Source: Octopus bimaculoides
Taxonomy: Eukaryota
Length of the DNA: 64,000 nucleotides
Direction of reading: 5' to 3'
Assembly: GCF_001194135.2 (NCBI RefSeq)
Contig: NC_068992.1
Location: forward strand, 7,029,900-7,093,899
Part shown: positions 40,473 to 51,594 of the stretch, in pieces
Layout of the letters: each line of letters starts with the position of its first letter
Numbering within the stretch: the stretch's first letter is position 1
Notes under the pieces: model-generated
The model's input: only the letters and a program-made list of their open reading frames with translations
Told to the model about the DNA's origin: nothing
Databases searched by the model: none
Program-made: the position numbers and the translations under genes

Positions 40473-41389
40473 AGAAAAAAAACATCCCAGTTTTACTCAT
40501 TTAAATATCTGATCCAAAAGTAATGTAGTGATAACATGAATAATATAAGTATTTTCTAATATATTTTTCTTAGCTGTTAGATGTTTCAGTCACATCATTG
40601 AGTATGCATGAATGTCTTATAACCTACTGATTCTATATGGAAACTCTTTGTTTATTTAGTCTCTGTAATACTAGTCTGTTCTGTGGAGCTGATCCATTTG
40701 CAAGAGAAATTAATGATCAGCAGTTTAACTCGGCACTACAGCACATATAAGCATAATTCAGATATATAGTGCTCACACTATATATGAGTGTTATGAGAGT
40801 CATTGATGAATGGTGTGATCTCTTGGTGCCATTCAACCAAGTCTCCCTTAAATCACATCCAATTACCTTATTACAAAAATAAAATAAAACTTACTGAATG
40901 TCATGTCTCAAAAATGAAGGGGAGATGGTCATAGTTAGAATACCTTTTTTTTTTCATAGCTCAGGTCAGCGTTACTCAACTTAATTGGTTGGCAGGTGCT
41001 AATTAACAGTAACAACAATTGAGCAAAATTATATTGTTTACTGTTTGCTGATAAAATTTAACAAATTCTAAATCTATACAAAAATAAGAATACTAAATAA
41101 GAATTATTTTTACCAAAAACAAGCAGAAAAGGTTTTGTTTTCCATTTTTTTTTTCTTTTATGTAAAATAATACTTCTGTAATTTAAAACTGATTTATGGT
41201 TTATAAATATTTTTCTCCGACTTTGTGGAATCTTTCTTTGATTATTTTCATTAAATCTTAATCTGATGACATATCATATTTTCATCTCCTATGTACTCTG
41301 CATCGCATCAATTATTACACGAATATATTATTGCACTACAGTATCCTATCAAAGAATGGGCTGCTTTATATAACAGCCCTGCTTTTATA

Positions 41390-41448
<59 letters not shown>

Positions 41449-41953
41449 ACTCCCCCTCCCTCTCCCCCTCTCTGTTCTTGTGTGTATTTGTGTAATCTAA
41501 ATGAAATTCAATATTTACTATTCATGTTCAATATTTTATGGTCAAAATTATATAGTTTAGAAGGAGAGTGTGTAGAAGACTTTGGTAAGTTAATTTGCCA
41601 CGAGGAGTGAATTTTGGTCACTTGCCAGGTTTCTGAGAGACAGTATATATAGAAGTGTCATCACGTTGGTCACAAAATTGCTAATGAAGAAGAGAATAAA
41701 ATAAAAGTGGGATGTGGTGGGGATTAGGGAAAAGGCCAGTGAGAAATTACGTGTACGAGGTAACTGAGGTGTGAAGCTGGAAAGAGTGCAGGATGAGTAC
41801 AGAGGATGTGGTATATATTTACTACATTCAAATATAGATTTTATATTCTCTGTACCATAGATTGTATTATAGATGCATGTATATTTTTGAGTATCTTACT
41901 CCACTATAAGACCTGATAAAGTTATTGTTCCATAAAAAAACATTCTATATTTT

Positions 41954-42012
41954 CCAACCCATGCTAGCATGGAAAGCGTACGTTAAACGATGATGATGAT
42001 GATGATGATGTT
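41954..42012 (+). mobile_element. Short RTE LINE 3' tail
   Basis: ccaacccatgctagcatggaaagcgtacgttaaacgatgatgatgatg. Confidence 0.8.
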
Positions 42013-42739
42013 GACTTTACTTCTATCAATGGCTTGAATCTCACTTTTTTTTATCTATCGAGGAAGATTTTTTTTTTTTTTTATTTCAGTGCCTGGTATT
42101 TAACTGCTGAAATGTTTCTAGATAGTCCTATTATTGGAGTCAATTAATATTTTCTCTTAAATTTGCTAGCAATCATGACAAGAATGTCATAAAACCCTGA
42201 TGCATGATGTAATAACTGGCTGGGTAGGATTCTCCCAGGTTATTAAATGTATCTTTTTGGCCAATAAAGAAATGCAATTAACTGTAAATCTCCAAATAGA
42301 CACAAAATTGTTTCAGGATTTGCACAAAATTTTGCCCCCATTGTTATTAGCTTAACTCATTGGACTGTGACTATTACAGGGCATTCCTTCAAGGGTTTTA
42401 GTCAACCATTACAAATCACATCAACCCTAGGACTTATTCCTGCCAGATACTTATTTTAATAACTTTGAACAGTCGTCTTCTACTATAACCCTGAGCCAAC
42501 CCAGTATATTACAGTTATGTTGAAAAAGGTGATACAGGAAAGTGCAGCATTGACAACAAAACATTTGTGGAGTCAATGATGGGCTGATTTGACTAAGCAA
42601 CAGGCTATACGTCTATTTGGAGTATTCCAGGCCCTAACCTGTCATGGAAAATTGGGGGGGGGGGGATTAGGTGATTTTTGAACGCATTGTGAAGCTGTCA
42701 TTTGTTATATACCCTCCTTTGTGGCAGTCAGCACTGCGT

Positions 42740-43250
42740 CTAACACAGCCAATCATCTGAAGTTTTGATACCTCCTTCGGGTTTGGAGGAACTGTGATTG
42801 TTCATTTGTGTTTAACAGGGAACCAATGAGGTGACAGATTTGCCCTTGAACTTTGAAGTTGGCATAAATCATCCATGTTCGACTATCTCCTTAGATGCAC
42901 CAAACGATGTCATTTGAAATGCAGAGTTGTATTGTCTGATATTGTTCAGAAAATCCTTTGACTGGATGGAAGTGCCTTCCAGAAGATCCATAAGAGGTTG
43001 AGGAGGAGCTGGTAGTGCTGGCAATCGTACCTGACCACCTGAGCAGCACATGCCATTAGTTTCATTTGAAAATTTTAAAGTCTTGCAGAAACGACAATTT
43101 GTGTTTAGTACACCAATTTGGACAAAAGTATTCATTTTTATAAGAATGGGATGGATCATATCTGAAATTAACTGCAGCAGTTGTGAAGAATGAATTTGTA
43201 CATAGTCTGTTTCTGAGAGCTGTTCTATTGGACCTCTGTCTAATCATTAA
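42740..43250 (-). pseudogene. Helitron Rep/helicase N-terminal fragment
   Basis: CKTLKFSNETNGMCCSGGQVRLPALPAPPQPLMDLL...FLNNIRQYNSAFQMTSFGA, then (after a frameshift) MPTFKVQGQICHLIGSLL...QFLQ. These are hallmark Helitron RepHel motifs. Confidence 0.9.
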
Positions 43251-44834
43251 AACATTGATTTAATGATCCAGAATTAAGTGCTGCAGCAAGTACTCTGCAT
43301 ATGTTTGGGCAAGATATAACCATCATCAATCTCATGAGTTTGCAAAACCACTGAGTGATGCTGCTCTTCATCTGGTGACTCATTTTAATTTTTTTTAAAT
43401 ATTAATTTAGAGTATAAAATGGACAATGAGAGTTTTTGGGTTGTTGCTGTTTAGCTCCAACTCATCTCTGGAAAAGCACACTTATGATCAGAGGTATTTT
43501 AGTTGTAACCATTTGTCATTTTTGATGCATTGTGTATCCAGAATTACATCATTCAATATGTCCTTCCCCACCTTCATTTCTTTTGTTTTCCTTTCTCTAA
43601 GATAGAGGAAAATTAATCAAGGAAACTCTGGCTACCATTTCAAACTGGTAGAATAATTGCAGAGAAGCTCACTCATTGGCTTGGTTTAGTAAGTAATTAA
43701 AAAAAGTTTGAGAGTTTGTGTGTTGGAATGAGTGACTTTGGCTTGAAGCTGGGTAACTTCACAAGGAACTAGTTGAAAATCTGATTGCATCATGGCAGCA
43801 ACAAACTTCATAAGTGATGTCTTTTCTCTTTTATTAAAGACATTTTTAGATTCAATTCTATGTGTCTTTTTTATAATTTTTTTTAAACTGTTGCTGCTGA
43901 AATTGGTACATATTTTAAGCTATAGTTATTTTATCTTTACAAACATCCCTTTCATTTTTAAATTGCAAATTTTCTTTTTTATATTTAAATAGAAAATGTT
44001 TTCTTTTGAAATCAAGTTCCTGATTTCATTCATTTGAAGATTCTCATTCTATACTATAGTTTTTATCATTAAAAGAGAAGCAAGTTATATTTCTTTTGCT
44101 CAATTCTTTGAAGTCTCATTCTATAGACATTCATGGAGCAAATATTTTATTAGTTTTATTTCATTGTCAAAATAACAAGCATGATAAAATATACTATATT
44201 TAATTTTCTACTTAATTTTATCTTTTTTCAAAATGAATTTTTGAATGTTTATTTGCTTTTAAATAAGATAGTATTAACAGATGTTTTTAAATATGTTTGC
44301 TTGTAATTATTTTATCTACATATAAAGAGAAGTTACTAATTTAAAATCAGGTAAGATAATTGACATTAAGCTGCCACTCCATAGACCAGATGGCCATGAG
44401 TTCAAACCCTACAAAAGCTATTTGTAATTTACTTCTTGATAAAGTACATATTGATTAGAGATGTCTTTGAATCACTGAAATCAATCTAGAAAAGCTTGCT
44501 AAGTTGGAGACCTTTGTAGGAGATTTGCATTTCATGAGTTAATGGTGATCTAGCCTTAATGATGCAACTGAGTTTGCTACAGTTAGAGACTACAGGTAAA
44601 TGTAGACTGGCCAATGTTGACCACAGCATAAGTGCTGTGGACTTAATTTATTATGGAGACTGAAAAAGATAGATGCTTTGGCACCTTCAGTAAATCTGAG
44701 AACAAGTCTCACTCATACTTCATTTTTTGGTGGCTGAGTATTTGACATTTTATGAGAAAGAGAGGTAAAGGTAACACCTAATAAAGGAGTACCATATTCA
44801 CCTGAATCTATATATATATATATATATATATACA

Positions 44835-45000
44835 CACAAGGGGCTTCTTTCAGTTTCTGTCTACCATATCCACTCACAAGGCTTTGGTTGACCTGAGGCT
44901 ATAGTAGAAGACACTTGGCCAATGTACCACACAGTGGGACTGAACCCAGAACCATGTGGTTGGGAAGCAAGCTTTTTACCATACAGCCACGCCTGCACCT
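44835..45000 (-). mobile_element. SINE family A 5' part
   Basis: gggcttctttcagtttctgtctacc...gtgggactgaacccagaaccatgtggttgggaagcaagc...cagccacgcctgcacc. Confidence 0.85.
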
Positions 45001-45926
45001 ATATATATATATGTATATGAGGTTTGATCAATAAGTATCCAGACTGTTGCCGTAGTAACAAAGCTAAAACACACGGTAAAGCCACTTGGCAAAGATTGAC
45101 CTTAAACTCTGCTGTGCAGAAATGAGCTAGAATGTTAAAAGTTAGTGCACATGCACAGCAAGGTTCAACGTCAAACTGTGCCAAATAGTTTTACTTTGCA
45201 TGCTTTAGCTTCGTTACTATGGCAACAGTCCGGATACTTATTGATCAGACCACACACATACACACACCCTCATATACATATATATACATACATATATATA
45301 TATATATATTGCTTAATGACAAGCAGTTGTTTGTCTAAAAGAACAGATGTTTTTACACACCCTTAATTACTTTTCCATATAAACTTCCTTCAAATAAAGC
45401 AACACTAGTTTCAAAGGGACGGTGGGGGACAAACACAAAGTCTCACATACATATATGCATATGTGTATGTATATGTATTTGAGAGGCTTCTTACTGTTTC
45501 TGTTTATCAAGCCCACTCACAAGGTTTTGGTCAACCTAAGATTATAGTAGAAGACACTTTACCCAAGGTACCATACAGAAACATAGGCAAGTGTAATGAA
45601 GTTTGGTTTGCAAAGACATGGTTCCAGATACAATTCCACTGCACAACATTTCTAGCCAATGGTTAACACGGCTTTGTTAGTGAAACTTTGCAAGCAGATA
45701 TAAGTATTGTGGCATATTGGAAGGGTTACATCTGTTGAGTGGGTAGCCTTACTCTGGTACCACTGTAACACTATAACTCTTAGTTTTCTTTGATGCTGAC
45801 ATTCTGTTGCCATCATTTATATAAGTCTGAAGATAATTTCCTTTTTCCAATCTGGGAGTTGGTGTAAAGAAATGTTATCAAAGCTGTTCTCCTTCTGCTG
45901 ACTAAGACATAAAACATAACGAAACA

Positions 45927-45959
<33 letters not shown>

Positions 45960-46769
45960 ACTTTGTCAATAATATATAATTGATATTTTACAGTAAAAAT
46001 ATGAAACCTTTGCTATTAAGCATTTGCAAACATGTACAGAATAATTTTCTCTGATGCATATACAAAAAGATAAAAAAATTTCAAAAAAAGCATCTGAATA
46101 GGCTATGACTTGCTTTATTTGTAAACAATAACATCATTAGTTATAGGTCTCCAACAAACCAATTACTGGTTGACTGTATTTCCAATAGAATGAGTAACAA
46201 AGGAGTGTATATGCAATTAAGATGGATCAGATAGCACAAAGTATTTTTGTTCAATGCACCAGTTTGCAGGCAATTATCTTGCTGATGCATGCATCTTTGG
46301 CACACACACAAGAATACATGTACATACACACATATATATATATATAATGTATGCACATACACAAACACATAGCAGTCTTCCACACAGTTTCCATCATCTA
46401 AAGTTCAGCTACAAGACATCAGTCAGCTTACAGTTAAAATAGAAGATACTTACCCAAGGAGCCATGTTGTAAGCTCAAGCCCAGACCCCACATAGTCGCA
46501 AAGGGAGACCCACTGTAACTATCTCTCTACACACATACAACAGGAAAAAGATAAACATCCCACTTACCAATTAGTGACAAGAGAAAATTGACTGTTTTGT
46601 AACTCAAGAAAGGAATCTGAACATGCTCCTTTTTATCTGCTAACTAATAGCAGCCAAATCTCACAAAAGCCAGCCTTCCATGTCTGATTTAGGGCTAAAT
46701 TCTTAATATTGAAGTGACAAAGAATGAAAGAGTGAGCCTCTATTTGGTCAGTTGGTCTGTATTCGTCTT

Positions 46770-47115
46770 TTTCTCTTTTTTTATCCTTTATGTGTTTCAG
46801 TAATTAAACTGCAGCCATGCTGGGGCACCACTATGAGGAATTTCAGTTGAACAAATCAACTCCTATACTTATTATCTTTTTAAGTCTGGCACTTACTCTA
46901 TCAGTCTCTTTTGCTGAACTGCTATGTTACAGAGATGTAAACATACCAACACCAATTGTCAAGCAGTGGTGGACACACACACACACACACACAAGGCTTT
47001 GACCAGCTTAGGGCTATAGTAGAAGATACTTGTCCAAGATGCCATGCCCTAATACTGAACCTGGCACTATGTGGTTGGGAAGTAAGCTTCTTACCACACA
47101 ACCATGTCTGTGCCT
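46770..47115 (-). mobile_element. Near full-length SINE family A copy
   Basis: Both tail (tttcagtaattaaactgcagccatgctggggcacc) and head (ctatgtggttgggaagtaagcttcttaccacac) are present. Confidence 0.8.
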
Positions 47116-49076
47116 GCTAGATATAATAGTCAAATTTCCTTCACATCATACCTTAGCATCTTAAAAAGGTAACAATGGGTTTGTGTAATCAGGGTCTATG
47201 GCTTTGTGTAATCAGGGATTATTTGAGATTAAACAATAACTGTTGTAATAATAATGATGGAGTCCAAATTCTAAAGTGTGGCTAAACTTCTGGTTATTCT
47301 TAGTGCAGATATAAAAGTATTGGATAATTAATACATACTTGATTTCTACTTAATTTGAATTTGATGTTGATATTATTTTCTCAGATTTGTACGATTCACT
47401 TCTGTTGATATTTTCATCTTGCGTATATTTGTTTGATTATTTTAAATTTTATTGCTACTTTGTTTTTCAAATTATTTTTCTTTTATTAAATATCTCTTTT
47501 TGTTTATCTGATTTTTAACTGTTAATTTATTTTTAAATGAACTATATTTATAATAGCTTTGATAATGTAAAAAAAAAACAAAAGGAAAAAAAATTGAGCC
47601 TATCATAACCAAAATGATAATCAGTTTGAAATCAATGTAACAGTGTATTTATGCATTCATTGCAAATAAACATTTTAGCCATTCCAGGCCAATTGATTCT
47701 GCTTTTCATGTGATTAGTTAGAATCAATATTCAATTATGTAAGCACCTATCTTAGAAAGTTTTAACATCTGGCTGTTATGTCATATGTTAGCAGTCTTTT
47801 AGAATTCCATGATTTATGAAATGATATTTTATGAAATGTCTAGTAATTGAAAGGCAAGCATTGATTCATTGTAAAAACGTTGAAACCACTCATTATCTCT
47901 TGCTGCAATATTAGAAAATAGCTATTTTCATTTGTTTCTTCTTTTCCCTCATAATAATATTGGGGTTAGATTATATTATAATGCAAGCAATGTTTTCAAC
48001 ATTGATGATGCTTTTGAGAAAAAAAATATAAATAATAAAAATAAAGTTTAGAAAAGTAGAAATAATTTGAATGGTTTTTCTTTGAAATAAAACAAATCAT
48101 TTGAATTTGATTTTGCCTCAATATCTTCATAACAATTTATATTCTCATCTTATTTTGTTTTATTTCTATTTTCTCTCCTGCCTTGCTTTTAGCTTATAGC
48201 TATTGTTATTTTTTCTGAAGAAGAAAAAAAAAATAGAAAAGTCACTTACTAACATTGAATCTTTCACCTACTTGGAGAAGTGTAAGCATTATTTCCATAC
48301 CTGATTATTTGGCCAAATTGCATAATTATAATATGCTTCTTATTTCATTGATACCATAAAGATGATTGTACTTATGATTCAGATTGGAAATCTTTAAGTT
48401 CTTTGTACAGTTCTCTGTCTGAAAACATCCAAATCTTTAGATGTTGTTAGATTAGAGTTACAGACACTGAAGCTACAAAACAGTTTTCTTTTTGATATTA
48501 TTCAGCATTGTTATCTTGCTTTTGAAAATTATAGTGAAAGATCAGTTACTGCTGTTGTTGTTTGACCCTAGGGCAGTCCTAGTCATACAGAACTTTGAAC
48601 AAAGGCATTCTTTTCTAGGATATGATCTGAGAGAGAGATGTGGCTGTTCTTACAGCAGATATAATGACTCTTTAGAGGCACTGTCATTAGCATTTAGTGA
48701 AAGCTATGTTGCTTTTCTTGCCAACAGCAAAACATTTAACTGAAGCTTCTAGAAAGTTTGCCTGGTTTTAGAAAGATACTACTCATCTCTCATCTGAACT
48801 GAAACATTCCTGTTTAACCATTCTAACATATCAGATATGCATAAGCCTTTCTCTCTCTCTCTCTCTCTTCATTCTATGTTGGTTTGAGAGAACCTTTAGG
48901 TTTGATTTTGGTTTACACATTTGGTGGCAGTCTCTGTTCATATTTAACTCTGACATCTGCAATATAAAGTTAACAGGTAACGTCTACACACTACAAGACA
49001 GTCACAAACAACCGAAAACCACAAAGTTAAACATTTCAAAGAGAAGAAAAAATAAAAACTTTTACCTTATTTTTAA

Positions 49077-49149
49077 CGGTTAGACGTATAGGTTTCTGAT
49101 TTTTTAGGAAATAAAGTAATTTACTAGGCAAATCGTCTTCAGTAACCAG
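49077..49149 (-). ncRNA. Minimal type I hammerhead ribozyme motif (second copy, opposite strand)
   Basis: Reverse complement reads ctggtta CTGAAGA cgattt...aaatca GAAAC ctatac GTC taaccg; stem I GGUUA/UAACC is a full 5 bp. Confidence 0.7.
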
Positions 49150-49460
49150 CCGTCAAGGTTGTTTGTGACTGTCTTCTAGCGTGTAGAAGTTACCTGTTAC
49201 AGGTAATTTCTCTTATACTTTATATTGAATATGTTGTCTAGTATAACTTTATATAGTTTTGCTACCCTTTATATATATATATATATATATATACTCAAGT
49301 ATTTAATATTAACATTTCAAGGTTCATTTCGGCATTTTTTCATTTTCTGCCGACGGAAACTGCGTCTACGCAGTGTGCTATGGGAAAATTAGAATGTATA
49401 TTTGGGAAGACATGTGCTTATGGCCTCTTGTCTTGTAAATATACGTTAATTCTTTGACGG

Positions 49461-49533
49461 CTGGTTACTGAAGACGATTTGCCTAGTAAATTACTTTATT
49501 TCCTAAAAAATCAGAAACCTATACGTCTAACAG
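49461..49533 (+). ncRNA. Minimal type I hammerhead ribozyme motif
   Basis: ggtta-CTGAAGA-c gattt...aaatc a-GAAAC-ctatac-GTC-taacag: intact core, GUC cleavage triplet (cut after 49527), stem I GUUA/UAAC, stem II GAUUU/AAAUC, 2-bp stem III with near-palindromic loop. A C.A mismatch sits at the base of stem II. Confidence 0.7.
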
Positions 49534-51529
49534 TTAAAAATAAGGTAAAAGTTTTTATTTTTTCTTCTCTTTGAAATGTTTAACGTTGTGGTTTTCAGTT
49601 GTTTGTGACTGTCTTCTAGTGTGTAGAAGTTACCTGTTAGAGATAATCTCTCTTATACTTTATATTGAATATGTTGTCTACTGATTTTTTACATGCTAGG
49701 CCACTGGTAGTATAACTTTATATAGTTTTGCTACCCTTTATGTATATATATATATAACTCTGACATCTGTGTAACTCTGGGTTGTCACTCACCTTACTGG
49801 CAGCAGTAACAAAATCTACCTAAAATTCCAACCTACCATCTTTAGAAAGGGAAGGATACACTGGATAATGTATTCCTAGATATTCCCAAAACACAGGAAG
49901 GTCCTGGTTGGAACACTTTGGGTCATAGTTTAGCTCAGTCAAGGCTTTCCTGTAGTTACACAACAACTGTGTCCTTTTGTCTTAAAGCATAATTACAAGG
50001 CTTCACAATTTCTAATTACTTTTCATTGTAATCTTCTGTACATGACATGAATAAAACTGCATTCTAAAATGTGGAATTCATATTTTTGAGTTGGTACAGC
50101 TACTATTTCTAATAAACTGAGTGACTTTGTTGAGGCTTCCTTATCGACCTGAGTACCACTCATGTATCTAAAACAGTGGAAGTGTCACTCATATAAATGT
50201 TCTCTGTTGCATTCAAAACACACACCAACACACTGCAATCACTAGTTTGCTGAATACATCATGTATCTCTTCTATTACTGCAAATGACATTTGTGAACAG
50301 CTGCAATTATGGTTTCAAGTTTTTATTGGGCCAATTAGTGGTTTGCTGTAATAACATTAGGGGAGGTGTCAAGAGAGCATTTCTATGCAACTTTGAACAA
50401 ATGTCACAGAACTTTTGTTGGAAAATGCCTGTCTATCAATTTTTCTCATTGAATTTTACATCTGTCACCAGTATACATCAGCAAAAGATGTGAGTGTGTG
50501 TGTGTGCACATCATCATTTTGCTTCCCCAAAACATGAGACAAAGTGCCAATGTTAGAAATCTATATTATGTCATCAAATGCAAGTATTGTGAAACTTCAT
50601 AAAGACACCATATCTTAGAAATCCATCCCAGTCAGGTGATTTTCCCAGCCCAATTGTTCTTTTCTCTTCTATGCCAGACATTCTGATTGAGCATTGAATG
50701 TTTGGTCTGGGATTTAGTCAGATAAGAAGAGGAAAATTAAGAGTTGGGATTACTACTTTAGAAAGAATATTTAGAAGTGTGCATGCAAGACGGTTTGAAA
50801 TGTATAAATGTATGTTTTTACATGAAGGTAACAATAAATATCAGAAGATAATTTTTTTGTAAATAAACGTAATTCATTCCTTGATCGCACATGAAGTAGT
50901 GGGCACAAAAACGAACCCATAGTTAGTTGTCTTAGAAATACAACTTCTGTTCCAACATTAAATTTAGGTCACAATATTTAAAGTATTAATAAATGGATAA
51001 AGCAAAAATAATTTAGTCCATCATTTGAAAAGAATGGCAATTGTTGTATAGTATAATTGGTAACAATGTCATCTAGCAAACAACAGGCATATGGTTCAAG
51101 TCTTGTGTTACTTATTCTGTCCAAGATTGCTGCTTAAAACGTCAAATATAATCACTAGATTATGTCAACAGATTAAATGAGCTATCTATCACTTATTTAG
51201 TATTTTTCTTTTTTAAGTCAAATTACTTCTTGTAAAATATCTTATTTTCTTCACAACCATCCCTTCCAACTTTATCTTGTCTTTCAGTTCCTTTTTGACA
51301 GAAATGTTCTGGAAGACAACTAAAGCTAAGAATATTATATTCTGGATTGTTGATTTAATTTTAACATCTCAGTGTTTGTTTGTCTGCAACTGACAGTCTT
51401 TCATTTGTAAGGTTTTTTGTTTTGTTCCTTTTTTTGTCTTATTCATGTATAAAAATTGTATGTGTGTGATTGAGTATATATGTATATATGTACGCATATA
51501 TGTGTATGTGTATGTATATCATATGAATG

Positions 51530-51594
<65 letters not shown>

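Larger units (their letters stand above)
48960..49754. mobile_element. Non-autonomous Penelope-like (pLTR) insertion with inverted 186-bp arms and hammerhead motifs
   Basis: Arms 48971-49156 and 49454-49639 are reverse complements (5 mismatches by eye). Internal direct repeat 49158-49272 / 49598-49742. (TA)n tails. Flanking 15-bp direct repeat taactctgacatctg at 48945-48959 and 49755-49769. Confidence 0.7.

Noticed and set aside
41580-41810. Possible CR1-type RT relic (DDTSIY on minus strand)
   Set aside because: Single short motif without the preceding YA/FA or other RT motifs.
44335-44360. Second AG|GTAAGA recursive-like site at 44350/44351 (and AG|GTAGAG at 53635/53636)
   Set aside because: No real polypyrimidine tract at 44.3 kb; the 53.6 kb site lies inside a repeat and has a weak donor.
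44470-44720. Possible L1/Tx1 RT relic (RDYR...LANVDH...RLKK)
   Set aside because: Similarity is fragmentary across frames and cannot be distinguished from chance by eye.
48372-48418. Possible minus-strand terminal exon (RELYKELKDFQSES*)
   Set aside because: Short, weak acceptor, and no supporting partner exon or homology.
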